Shown here: positions 30,314-39,322 of the stretch, piece after piece
Position numbering within the stretch: the stretch's first letter is position 1
Layout of the letters: the number at the start of each line of letters is the position of its first letter
DNA from: Obrimoposthia wandeli
Lineage: Eukaryota
Direction of reading: 5' to 3'
NCBI GenBank assembly: GCA_977020255.1
Contig: CDROCS010001101.1
Coordinates: 434,001 to 498,000, forward strand
Length of the DNA stretch: 64,000 bases
Notes under the pieces: generated by a model
What the model saw: only the letters and a program-made list of their open reading frames with translations
What the model was told of the DNA's origin: nothing
The model's database searches: none
Position numbers and translations under genes: made by a program

Positions 30314-30393
30314 TAGTGGATGGATAGCATTATTGCGCATGTAGTGATTGGCTAAACTTATACAGCCACCAGCTGTAACTCTGTTTGGAAAAA

Positions 30394-30441
30394 TTCGGCT
30401 TAGTGTGTGCTAAGCCGAAATTGGACATGAATGGCTTAGAG
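30394..30441. repeat. GGCTTAG-family element, copy A
   Basis: TTCGGCTTAG-TGTGTG-CTAAGCCGAA, then ATTGGACATGAAT-GGCTTAGAG. Confidence 0.85.
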
Positions 30442-30493
30442 TTGAAAATTTAAATTGTACAGTTCACATTACATAAAGTATGATTAAATTGAG

Positions 30494-30630
30494 ATTAAGA
30501 CCTTGTTTAGGCATGAGCAACGCTGTCACTAAGTACCTACTTTGCACTTAATCACTAAATATCTACAAACCAAAAATGTAATATCAGATAATCCTCAAAA
30601 CGGAAGGCATAAAGTTTAAAACAGTGTAAT
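30494..30630 (-). mobile_element. Decayed Vibrio-type (VXR-like) attC site
   Basis: Minus strand CATTTTTGGTTTG...TTTAGTGATTAAG...TTAGTGACAGCGTTGCTCATGCCTAAACAAGGTCTTA resembles long Vibrionaceae attC repeats; R' core is mutated. Confidence 0.6.
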
Positions 30631-30635
30631 GCTCA

Positions 30636-30669
30636 ACAAAGCCTTCAGTCTTTACACAGAAGGCTTTGT
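30636..30669. terminator. Hairpin downstream of the DUF4041 gene
   Basis: ACAAAGCCTTC-N12-GAAGGCTTTGT. Confidence 0.6.
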
Positions 30670-30679
30670 GCTAGTGATA

Positions 30680-32140
30680 TTAGGCAGCTAACCGCTCTTG
30701 AAGACGAAGGCTTTCATAATAGTCTTCAGCTAAAGCCGTCATCTTAAACTCAACATCCATTCCATCAATATTATCAACAGCCTCTTTTATAGAGTCGAGA
30801 TCCACCTGAAAGAATTCCTTCCTAAGATTTACAGCATTAACCCTTAATGATGTAAATGTTCTATGTAGAGCAGTTTCAAGTGCAGGTGCATCCTCAGCAT
30901 ATATCATGGCATGCACATCGAATGGGAACGGCACACTTGCATCACCTAGCTCTTTGACACGATCCATCGGCTCTAAACGCCGAGTCATACCTATTTTGTA
31001 TACATCCTCTCCGAATGAGCCAATATTACTAATTACATACACATGGCCCTTTCGAGTTTGCTGAGCCATACTTTTCGCTCGATTTTCTTTAGCTTCAGCG
31101 TCGAGTAATTGCTGCTCAAGTTGAGTTATACGTAGCTCTGCAATTACCCTTTCATTTTCAGAAATTCCTGATAGCTCTTTTCGTGCCTTATCTAACAAAT
31201 CCCTATACATTTTTTCTTCTTTTTCAGCTTCAGCAACGACTCGTTCATACTCTTTAATAGCACGTTGTTCCTCTCTTATTTGCTCTTTTATTAACCTTTG
31301 CTCTGCTATTTCTTCTTGCTTCTTCAATGTATATTGATATTGGAGCTTGCACTCTTCAAATTTCAGTTCCACATAACTTATGTCGAACCCACATTCCAAT
31401 GTTGCAGCCGATTTTTCAAGAGTATTCGCAAGCTTTTCTATGCGTTCTAAAGTTCGACCGAAACTACTTGGGCTAACTTTACCTATAAGAAAATCACATT
31501 CTGTATTAAATGCTGTTAGCATCAACTTAACTTGACCGCTCAGAATCTTTTTGTTGAACGATTTGTCATTTGAAATGATTGTTGTGCCAGGGTAAGTGAC
31601 AGCCTTTTTCTCTTTAATCATTTCTTTCTGCTGAACCCTGACATCTTTAATCTCCTCAGTAAACCTAACTGAAGTTTCATAGAGATAATCAGGAATTTCA
31701 AAATGGCCACATGATGTATATTCATCCAAGCGAGAATATAAATCTAACATCCCCATTAATTCTGCCTGCTCCGCACCAAGATTGGATAAACTTAACACAA
31801 GTTTTTCTTCATCAACTTTTAACTTACAAATCGCTGAAGTATGTAATTGAACACTCTCTAATAACTGTTTTTCACTTTTCTTAAGTTCTTGTAATTCAAC
31901 AGTCTCAATTCGCACACGATCTAGTTCTTTGGTTTGAGCATTCAATTCATTTAGAGTCAACGTCAACTTTTCTTGTGCTTGAGCGAATGCTTCATCAAGA
32001 CTTTTATATGTATCGAGCTTTGTATTAACATTATTTTTGTATTCATTTAGTTTTCTATTGAAATGGCTCTTAGTGATTAAATAGCTAGCAATTATTACTG
32101 ACACTGCAACCGCTATAACGATCAGGAGGTTGTTATCCAT
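30680..32140 (-). CDS. DUF4041 + T5orf172/GIY-YIG-like domain protein with N-terminal TM and coiled coils
   Basis: GHVYVISNIGSFGEDVYKIGMTRRLEPMDRVKELGDASVPFPFDVHAMI...LETALH. Confidence 0.85.
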   Translation of the reverse strand: MDNNLLIVIAVAVSVIIASYLITKSHFNRKLNEYKNNVNTKLDTYKSLDEAFAQAQEKLTLTLNELNAQTKELDRVRIETVELQELKKSEKQLLESVQLHTSAICKLKVDEEKLVLSLSNLGAEQAELMGMLDLYSRLDEYTSCGHFEIPDYLYETSVRFTEEIKDVRVQQKEMIKEKKAVTYPGTTIISNDKSFNKKILSGQVKLMLTAFNTECDFLIGKVSPSSFGRTLERIEKLANTLEKSAATLECGFDISYVELKFEECKLQYQYTLKKQEEIAEQRLIKEQIREEQRAIKEYERVVAEAEKEEKMYRDLLDKARKELSGISENERVIAELRITQLEQQLLDAEAKENRAKSMAQQTRKGHVYVISNIGSFGEDVYKIGMTRRLEPMDRVKELGDASVPFPFDVHAMIYAEDAPALETALHRTFTSLRVNAVNLRKEFFQVDLDSIKEAVDNIDGMDVEFKMTALAEDYYESLRLQERLAA

Positions 32141-32144
32141 ATGA

Positions 32145-32492
32145 CTACCTTAGTACTGCATTAATAAATTGTTTACGTAGAGAAGCTCTTTCAGAGCACC
32201 TATCAATGTATTCTTCTTGGGCACCGATAAGTGAATCTTTGAACTGCTGCTTTACTTTAGCGATATTTATTTTTTCCGATTTTTTAGCTCGATTAGCCCT
32301 ATCTTTTTCTGCACGTATCGCATCACGCTCCATCTCTCTTAATAGCTTCTGATGTTCTCTCTCAGATTTAGCCTGCTCTCTTGCTATTGCTTTTTGCCTA
32401 CGATCACTATCTCTGGCAGCTTGCTTGCCAGCTTTATCAATGGCCTTAACAACTTTAACCGCTAACCTTAAACCGTTACCTTTTCTAGCCAA
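32145..32492 (-). CDS. Small basic coiled-coil hypothetical protein in an operon with the DUF4041 gene (probable TTG start)
   Basis: Strong RBS AAGGAGGAG before TTG at 32492; 4-bp gap to the next gene. Confidence 0.7.
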   Translation of the reverse strand: MARKGNGLRLAVKVVKAIDKAGKQAARDSDRRQKAIAREQAKSEREHQKLLREMERDAIRAEKDRANRAKKSEKINIAKVKQQFKDSLIGAQEEYIDRCSERASLRKQFINAVLR

Positions 32493-32756
32493 CGTCTCCT
32501 CCTTAATTCCTATAACTGATTCCACTATGTAAGCACACTTACCCATTCAAATTCCACGTGCTACATAGCAAAACAAAAAACATTGATAAAATGCTAATAA
32601 ACTACAACAAAATCAAAAAACTTACCCACACCCTTCGGTTTCACATATCCAAATCAAACATAACGTTGAACAAAGCGACTGAATCTTCAATTTAAATTTA
32701 AATGTGCCAGAAATGAAATAATGTCACAGATTGTAGTGCCGTACGTAAAGGCATTT

Positions 32757-32789
32757 TTGAACATAAACGGCTTAGTGCTTATGCCTCAA
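32757..32789. repeat. GGCTTAG-family element, copy D
   Basis: TTGAACATAAACGGCTTAGTGCTTATGCCTCAA; 27/33 identical to copy E. Confidence 0.75.
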
Positions 32790-32833
32790 TAAGGACGTTT
32801 TACATTACTGAAATGTATGCTCAAAAAAGAGAT

Positions 32834-32923
32834 TTCTAATTTTCAAGGTGTGAGATAATCGCCACCCAAGCTTGAATTGAGTATGCCAAACGTTGGGAGC
32901 CATTTTTCAATGCTATGTTAAAA
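32834..32923 (-). mobile_element. Internally deleted Vibrio-type attC remnant
   Basis: Begins at the SEC-C gene stop: TTTTAAC-ATAGC-ATTGAAAA...CCCAACGTTTGGCAT...CTCACACCTT; R' degenerate. Confidence 0.65.
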
Positions 32924-34036
32924 ATTTATTTTCGTAATAGCTTCAACATCCCACCCTGAAAAATCAACACCGTCGTCAACCAAGACTGTTTCTGGTTTGA
33001 ACTCAAATGGATTGACCCCAGTCATGATAAGACTTTGAATTTTATCTTTCTGAGACTTGGATAAACTGTCCCACCATGAAGGTGAAGTAAATGTATTTTC
33101 TGCAACGCCATAGAAAAAACGTACTAATTTTCCAAAAATATTTAATTGATCTCCAGCAAGCAATGTGTTGATAAAACCTTCAACAATCGCCTCACCTTTT
33201 AGCCAACTAAAGGCTGCATAGCCTTTTCCATCACTAGAAAATGAATTAAACACTAAGTACTCAGGTATAACAGAAAGGTCACCTAAATCCTGAATTAGGC
33301 TACCATCAAAATCCGAAACTGGAGCGACAATAGACGATACAGCAACAGGAATTGAACTAGATGACTCAATAACTAGATGACACATTTCATTCGTTGCTTT
33401 ACCTAACAATTGAGTATCAAGCTTATTCTTGAATTCACTTAACTCATCAATTGCAGTTTGTACACCCAGTTGGTTATCAGCCGCAAACTTTTGAATAAGG
33501 AGCTGGTCTATTGGTTGCTTGCCTTTATCTCCAATTTTTAACAACTCAGAACTAATAAGACTACCTTCTTTTGCATACAACTCTTTCGCTACCGAACGAT
33601 ACATTAAAGCAAAACACTGTTCTTCTTCATTAGCAAACGGGCGATCCTCAACGCAAGCGAATAAGGACTTATCATGAATGGAGCAAAAACCTTTAAATGT
33701 AGATGCTTGATTTACGCCTATTTTTTCGGGGATCAATTTACCTTCATGTTTGAATAAATTCGCGAGGTTTATCTTCAACCCCAGCACATGATTAGTATCA
33801 TCAGCAATTTCGATCAAGCTACCACTTTTAGATATAGTGTGTGCATTGATTATTTTTTTACTACATTCACCTTTTAGTTCGCTAGGTACATAACAACATT
33901 TCCTTTGTGCAATTTTATTTGAATGACTTATTGCTTCACCTTTTGTGATTGATTTTTCACTCTCTCGCCCATAATGACAGTGCTTGTATTTCTTTCCTGA
34001 TTTGCACCAGCACTTTTTATTTCTACCTATTTTCAT
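32918..34036 (-). CDS. SEC-C motif protein with an uncharacterised Cys/His-containing body (start reassigned to MKIGRN)
   Basis: KIGRNKKCWCKSGKKYKHCH; then CSKKIINAHTISK and FCSIHDK. Confidence 0.8.
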   Translation of the reverse strand: MKIGRNKKCWCKSGKKYKHCHYGRESEKSITKGEAISHSNKIAQRKCCYVPSELKGECSKKIINAHTISKSGSLIEIADDTNHVLGLKINLANLFKHEGKLIPEKIGVNQASTFKGFCSIHDKSLFACVEDRPFANEEEQCFALMYRSVAKELYAKEGSLISSELLKIGDKGKQPIDQLLIQKFAADNQLGVQTAIDELSEFKNKLDTQLLGKATNEMCHLVIESSSSIPVAVSSIVAPVSDFDGSLIQDLGDLSVIPEYLVFNSFSSDGKGYAAFSWLKGEAIVEGFINTLLAGDQLNIFGKLVRFFYGVAENTFTSPSWWDSLSKSQKDKIQSLIMTGVNPFEFKPETVLVDDGVDFSGWDVEAITKINF

Positions 34037-34074
34037 GATACAGCACCTACATCTTAAGAGTGAACTCAACAAAT

Positions 34075-34117
34075 TTATAACGTATTTATCTCGCGTCAAT
34101 TAGAGCGTTTGTTATTT
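34075..34117 (-). mobile_element. Truncated short attC-like site
   Basis: AAATAAC-AAACG-CTCTAATT...GTTATAA, 38 bp before the SEC-C start codon. Confidence 0.5.
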
Positions 34118-34292
34118 GAACAATATGGGTTGTGACCTTCGCAGGGTGATCCAGACACCCCATACTAAACCAACCTTCTTCAGGCTTTGCATTGTCAGGA
34201 TGCGTGCGTAGCGAGTGCCAGTATGGCTTGTCCTTGACAATATGAATTCTGATGAAACAATGACCAAATTGGCGTATTCTAATTGACGCCAA
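34086..34292 (-). pseudogene. 68-codon ORF, possibly a truncated cassette gene
   Basis: GC-richer than its flanks, ends inside the attC-like site, no RBS recognised. Confidence 0.3.
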
Positions 34293-34548
34293 GTTGGCTT
34301 TCTAGTTGTCGTCTTATACGTATTTACCTAATTCCATATAATACCTAAAAATCACCATAATTAAATGACTACATAATTAATTATTGTTTAATAACAATTT
34401 AATACAGTGACTTATAGAGATTCGTATAAATAATCATGAAATACATATGTAACCTATAGATGAACAGCTTACCTAAATCTCTATTTACAAATAAAGTCAA
34501 TATAGGTCTGTTAAAGTTACTAAATATTTATCAATAGCACTCATAAGT

Positions 34549-34645
34549 AAATGTATGGAAAATCGATATGAGAATATTGTGAATGAGTGATCGCTCTAAG
34601 TAAGAAAGGGGCAAATTCGGTTTAGCGCTATTGCACTAAGCCGAA
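34549..34645. repeat. GGCTTAG-family element, long form, copy B
   Basis: 44/52 ungapped identity to copy C over the left part; hairpin TTCGGTTTAG...CTAAGCCGAA. Confidence 0.9.
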
Positions 34646-34695
34646 CATTACTCTGTTACCTTTACCCAACTTATATGCCACATACTTATTCCTTA

Positions 34696-34720
34696 ATATA
34701 ACGCCCTTTTATGCTTATAT
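34696..34720 (-). mobile_element. Collapsed attC-like remnant
   Basis: ATATAAG-CATAAAAGGGC-GTTATAT at the DUF4238-like gene stop; only the R boxes remain. Confidence 0.4.
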
Positions 34721-35821
34721 TACGACCAACTGTGGTTCACTTGGGCTATAGTGAACATCTTTGTTTTTTTCCTGATGCTTTAAGTAACTCTCAACGTCTT
34801 TAAGTTCATATGGAGTATAAATTGTATTGGTATGGCCTATATTCCCCATACTAATACAACTACTAATATTATCCATATAGTCGTGAGATACTCTAAATAT
34901 ATTTATCTTATCGGAACTTCTTACTTTCATCTTCTCAGGTACCACACTAAACACATCTAAGGTAGAGTTATAATATTCATGTTTACCAATAGAAAAACTT
35001 ATGGCTAAGTTATGAGCTAACGGTAAAAAATTTAAGTTGTTGTTGGTGTTGATAATAAAAATGCTCGGACAAATTGTAAAAACAGGTCTAAGTTCGGTGC
35101 TGTGAAAATCATAACCTGTATGATAAATACCTGTAATATAGAATTTATTAAACATTGTATTTCTTAAACGGCCGAGATAACTAAACAGAGATGGTAAATA
35201 TTTAGCTTCCGCTAGCATTGATAGAGTAAATAGTGCTCTACACTTATCGTAAACTTCGGTCGAAGAATTAACTACTTTAACCATCTTTTTAAATAAAGGT
35301 TCTTCGAAATGCTTTTTAACATTATCCGGTGGGTTTAGAATTGAATTCTTAATATTACCGAAATTTTCAACCATATCTTCGAGCATCGGCGGTAAAATGT
35401 CATCCTTACCTTCCATTTTATTCTGTGGATTATTTAGCCCTAAGATCATCTGTATAACCATGAAGTTTTGCATAATTTCTAATGCACATGGTTTGCCTTC
35501 TAGATTTAATAGGTTTTCGAACTTGTGATCATGAACTAATTCATTAAATAAAATAGAAGTACCTCTTTCATAATCAGATAGCTCACTCTCAATATCAAAA
35601 GGTTTGCCACTTATTGAACAGATTAACTTAAAACAATCTTTACTTATTGCTACAGAAGATATTGGAAGTGGAATTTCTTTTATGTCATTTTTATCTTCAG
35701 AATGATAAACGGTATGGCACCATACTCTTTGCTTATCTTTGTTGTGAGCAGCTGTGTCATCACTTCTAAAGTTTCTTAATACCCATTGAGATAAAACATG
35801 TTGATTTTTAGTATATTTCAT
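34715..35821 (-). CDS. DUF4238-like protein (start reassigned to MKYTKNQH)
   Basis: N-terminal KNQHVLSQWVLRNF resembles the DUF4238 HxVP/SxxxLxxF motif; RBS-like AAGAGGTG. Confidence 0.65.
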   Translation of the reverse strand: MKYTKNQHVLSQWVLRNFRSDDTAAHNKDKQRVWCHTVYHSEDKNDIKEIPLPISSVAISKDCFKLICSISGKPFDIESELSDYERGTSILFNELVHDHKFENLLNLEGKPCALEIMQNFMVIQMILGLNNPQNKMEGKDDILPPMLEDMVENFGNIKNSILNPPDNVKKHFEEPLFKKMVKVVNSSTEVYDKCRALFTLSMLAEAKYLPSLFSYLGRLRNTMFNKFYITGIYHTGYDFHSTELRPVFTICPSIFIINTNNNLNFLPLAHNLAISFSIGKHEYYNSTLDVFSVVPEKMKVRSSDKINIFRVSHDYMDNISSCISMGNIGHTNTIYTPYELKDVESYLKHQEKNKDVHYSPSEPQLVVI

Positions 35822-35839
35822 AACACCTCTTGGAGATAA

Positions 35840-35952
35840 GCATAACGCCGTAAACAACTTCGCATAAATTTTTCAATGTTTTTACTGACTTTGTTTTTAG
35901 CAAAAAACTGCGATAAGCTACACACCCTATTGATTTTAAATGTCATTATTGT
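35840..35952 (-). mobile_element. Decayed attC-like site
   Basis: Ends in GGC-GTTATGC about 20 bp before the next ATG; begins at the previous stop; internal T/A-run symmetry; R'' degenerate. Confidence 0.45.
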
Positions 35953-35954
35953 AT

Positions 35955-36359
35955 TTAACCACGACTCTTTACGTCGACATTCTTAGTATTTTCTTGGTGA
36001 GTAAGTGTTGATGTAATAAAACTCTTAATATCCGAAGAGTAGACGCCACCGAGTAACGCAAGACAACCTAGCAAAGTATATTTGCAAGCTTCCAAAATCA
36101 AAGGTTTAACAAGCCATTCTTTGGCCGATTTGTTACCGTAAGAGTTATCTATATTACTCAATTTTAGCTTACTAAAATTGAGTAATTCTTTACCCTTTTT
36201 CGTCAATGAAAGGTTCTTATAGAAAACTTCCCCATCAACTACTTCCTCTTCACCATAAACATGGCCTTTTTCAACAGCATCCCAAATTGAGCCTTCATAA
36301 GACATTCGATGTGCTCTTTTTAGGGACCCGTTATCTATCTCGTCTAGATATTTAAACAT
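35955..36359 (-). CDS. Hypothetical cassette-like protein with one TM segment
   Basis: 134-aa AT-rich ORF between two attC-like sites. Confidence 0.7.
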   Translation of the reverse strand: MFKYLDEIDNGSLKRAHRMSYEGSIWDAVEKGHVYGEEEVVDGEVFYKNLSLTKKGKELLNFSKLKLSNIDNSYGNKSAKEWLVKPLILEACKYTLLGCLALLGGVYSSDIKSFITSTLTHQENTKNVDVKSRG

Positions 36360-36361
36360 GG

Positions 36362-36457
36362 GTCACTCAACTTAAACGGACAAAAATTGTTGGTTATAAC
36401 GCGGAACCAATCTGAAATTAACTAGCTGTTTTTATTATATTTAAAGCGCTTATTATA
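36362..36457 (-). mobile_element. Decayed attC site (about 95 bp)
   Basis: Minus strand TTATAAT-AAGC-GCTTTAAA...AAAAACAGCTAGTTA...TAACCAACAATTTTTGTCCG-TTTAAGT; L''/L' pair with one extra base; most mismatches become G.T pairs on the bottom strand. Confidence 0.65.
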
Positions 36458-37076
36458 AAGATGGCACACCAATGGCTTCCCGCAAATTATTAGTTAGCTC
36501 ACGTTTTATCAGAGGAACTGTCTTAGCTAATTCACTAGCCTCTTTTTTCTTTTCGAAGATTTCTTCAACTTGCCCCTCGACGAAATACCCTGTATTCGCG
36601 AGCCTATTCTCTGCACTACGATGTCCATCAAAACTCCAAAATGCATCGTTTAATAAAACACCGATCAATGAGTCGATATTTTCTGGTACCAGTATTTGAT
36701 TTCTTTCATAATACGAACGTAACTCTCGATAGGCGGTTTCAAAGCGTTCATAAATTGGAGAGTTTCCTGTTGCATAGTTAATAGCATTAAACAGCTCTCT
36801 GTCTACATCAACTATTTTTGTATAGAGTTCAACTAATACCTCTGATTGACGCTCGTACACACCAGCAACCTTGACTCGATAACGCAGGTTTTCATTTTCT
36901 AGGTTTTCTTTATGGTTATGTAAATCAGTATCAAGCCTATTTTTTAGCTTTAATTCATATTCTTTTTGCTTCGATTTAAACCAACTATCAATAAGGTACT
37001 TTGATAGATAAGTCATGACACCTAGAACTGATGCCGGAGCCATGATTAATACAAGAATTGCTTCAAATTTTTCCAA
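36453..37076 (-). CDS. Hypothetical protein with N-terminal TM and coiled coil (TTG start)
   Basis: 207-aa ORF whose stop overlaps an attC-like site. Confidence 0.7.
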   Translation of the reverse strand: MEKFEAILVLIMAPASVLGVMTYLSKYLIDSWFKSKQKEYELKLKNRLDTDLHNHKENLENENLRYRVKVAGVYERQSEVLVELYTKIVDVDRELFNAINYATGNSPIYERFETAYRELRSYYERNQILVPENIDSLIGVLLNDAFWSFDGHRSAENRLANTGYFVEGQVEEIFEKKKEASELAKTVPLIKRELTNNLREAIGVPSL

Positions 37077-37410
37077 TTTCGACTCTATCTCAAAAGTTTT
37101 AAAACATTTGTATAACAGGACTCTCGATTTCCCAAATTAATTCACCTCAATAAAAGTAGATTAATTACATGCTTATAGGAAAATGAACCGTCCTGTAAAG
37201 TATTTATTTAGTCTTATAATTTATATACAAGGCTAGCTATGTAATTGAGTATATTGACATTAATTCTAGGCTACAAGATAAACCTGACTACCTTTTAACA
37301 AATTGAGACTGCGTTCACCGAAATACCAATAACACTGTATAAAATCAGCCTATCTAGTCTTTTTCATTACACATAAGTAGGATTAACTTAGTTGGTAAAT
37401 TTTACATGAT

Positions 37411-37505
37411 AAAATGTATGGTAAATCGACATGAACATATTGTGAGTGAGTAACAGCTCTAAGCCAAAAGGGGGGCAAGTTCAGCTTAGAGTTAGTGGCT
37501 AAGCC
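37411..37505. repeat. GGCTTAG-family element, long form, copy C
   Basis: AAATGTATGG...CTCTAAGCC-AAAAGGGGGGCAAG-TTCAGCTTAG-N9-CTAAGCC. Confidence 0.9.
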
Positions 37506-37604
37506 ATAGCTGTACAGAACCTTGTTAGCGTATTTATATACTTATTCAGATAAGCTTTGTATTAGTCCCTTTAATCAAGAGGCCAAACTCAGTCTGCCAC
37601 TACA

Positions 37605-37871
37605 CTATAGTTCTGGCTTTATTTTGGTGTGGCAATATCGACAAATAATAGCTTCTACTTTTATTAATTCACCACACGAACTGCATTTTTTCTGTCCGTT
37701 ATTCTCTAACATTTTGGTGTTGTCGCCTTTCATTAATAAAACTAATAATCCCATTATAATCGGAGATACAATCAGTGAACCGACAAATATGATTAGGTAG
37801 CTATGCCCTTTAGATTTACCATAAGAAGCGACTACGAATGAAAGAAGAAACCAAACGAGTACTATTATCAT
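37605..37871 (-). CDS. Small membrane protein with a C-terminal zinc ribbon
   Basis: Two TM segments, then CSSCGELIKVEAIICRYC. Confidence 0.8.
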   Translation of the reverse strand: MIIVLVWFLLSFVVASYGKSKGHSYLIIFVGSLIVSPIIMGLLVLLMKGDNTKMLENNGQKKCSSCGELIKVEAIICRYCHTKIKPEL

Positions 37872-38194
37872 ATAATTACCTTTGATGATGTTATTACAAT
37901 TTTTACACTACTATTTTTGAATATCTTGAGGTTTACATCATCATCTTCGTCTTTCTTAATCCTTTTCATAAGTCTGATTACTAGAACGTTGGTTGATAAT
38001 ATGGTCTTTTAAATCTCGATATACACCGAAATAAGATAATGATTAATATTATAAATATTTATAATTTCAAAAGTATATCGTTTGGGGTTTAATTATTCTA
38101 AACGAAATATTCCTCTTAAGTTTTATCCCGCACATTATTTAAACTGAGTCGCAATATCGTTCGTGTGGGCAGTTTTGAGTTAGCTCGGCTAGCT

Positions 38195-38215
38195 AGATTG
38201 AGATTGAGATTGAGA
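38195..38215. repeat. Short tandem repeat (AGATTG)x3
   Basis: Read directly from the sequence. Confidence 0.85.
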
Positions 38216-38318
38216 CTAACACTGGCATCATTTGTTATTCGGCCCTTCAATTAGGTGACCACTACCACTACAAAAATATAGAGAAATAAGTATTACGATA
38301 ATACATATAATAATCTTT

Positions 38319-39227
38319 TTACTTATCCCAATAACCTGCACCGTCACCTAACTTATGGCTAATGAACTCTATGAATACTCTTACTTTTTCAGGAAGGTGT
38401 TTTCTCTCTGGATAAACGGCATATATTGCATGTTTTGGTAGAGTATATTCATCCATAAATGTAATTAATCTTTGAGATTTCAAGTGCTCTGCAACGATAA
38501 AGGTTGGCATTTGGCAAATACCTAATCCATTCAATAATACCTCAGAGATAGCATCACTATTATTCACGATAAAATTGCCTTTAGGCTCTAGTTTTAGCTT
38601 TTTATTGTCTTTGTAAAAAGTCCATTCCGCTCCGCCCTGAAATAGACTGTAATTTATGCAATTGTGATGAGATAAATCTTCTGGGTTTGATGGTGTTCCG
38701 TGTTTTTCAAGGTATTCAGGCGATGCACAGAGTACACTTTTACAATCAACAAGTTTTTTGGCAATCAACGAAGAATTTTCAAGTTCACCAATACGGATCC
38801 CGACATCATAACCGCCCTCAACTAAGCTTACGACTCGATCATCCATACTCAAGATAACCTTCACATCAGGGTACAAATCTAAGAACTCCTTTATGTAAGG
38901 CACGATATGTAATCGTGTAAAAGTCATCGGAGCATTTATTTTTAAGGTGCCTTTAGGTATGCCTTGCAGATTATGCAACGCAGCAAAACCTTCGCTTGCA
39001 ATAGCGACAGCATTCCTAGCATAATCCGAAAATCGTTCGCCCGCTTCAGTTAGCACCAGGCTTCTGGTCGTACGATTAAATAATCGCACGCCTAGATTAT
39101 CTTCTAAAACCGATATCCTTTTACTTACCGCTGATTTTGTCATACCCAATTTTTCCGCTGCTGACGAGAAGCTACCCCTTTCTACTACAGCAACAAACAC
39201 TGGTATTGCCGAAAAATTATCTTTCAT
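38319..39227 (-). CDS. LysR-family regulator (CrgA-like)
   Basis: GSFSSAAEKLGMTKSAVSKRISVLE, LFNRTTRSL. Confidence 0.93.
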   Translation of the reverse strand: MKDNFSAIPVFVAVVERGSFSSAAEKLGMTKSAVSKRISVLEDNLGVRLFNRTTRSLVLTEAGERFSDYARNAVAIASEGFAALHNLQGIPKGTLKINAPMTFTRLHIVPYIKEFLDLYPDVKVILSMDDRVVSLVEGGYDVGIRIGELENSSLIAKKLVDCKSVLCASPEYLEKHGTPSNPEDLSHHNCINYSLFQGGAEWTFYKDNKKLKLEPKGNFIVNNSDAISEVLLNGLGICQMPTFIVAEHLKSQRLITFMDEYTLPKHAIYAVYPERKHLPEKVRVFIEFISHKLGDGAGYWDK

Positions 39228-39322
39228 ATTGTCAACTTTTACTCACCAATGAATATCTAAACTAGATATTATCATTTCTTTGGTAACCAATTAAAGTACT
39301 CCCAAACAATGGAGAGTAAAAA

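Noticed and set aside
34549-34600. Repeat family as a coding fragment (minus-strand LRAITHSQY... versus LRAVTHSQY...)
   Set aside because: The frame is closed upstream in copy B, frameshifted in copy F, and substitutions are not clearly synonymous-biased.
34607-34660. c-di-GMP-I riboswitch suggested by GGGGCAAA plus a hairpin
   Set aside because: The GNRA tetraloop, its receptor and the second stem are missing.
37335-37348. LexA box CTGTATAAAATCAG (as found at intI promoters)
   Set aside because: It is CTG-N8-CAG, 2 bp short of the required CTG-N10-CAG.
37868-37969. 33-codon minus-strand ORF overlapping the zinc-ribbon gene start (ATGA)
   Set aside because: No RBS or recognisable homology; too short to support.
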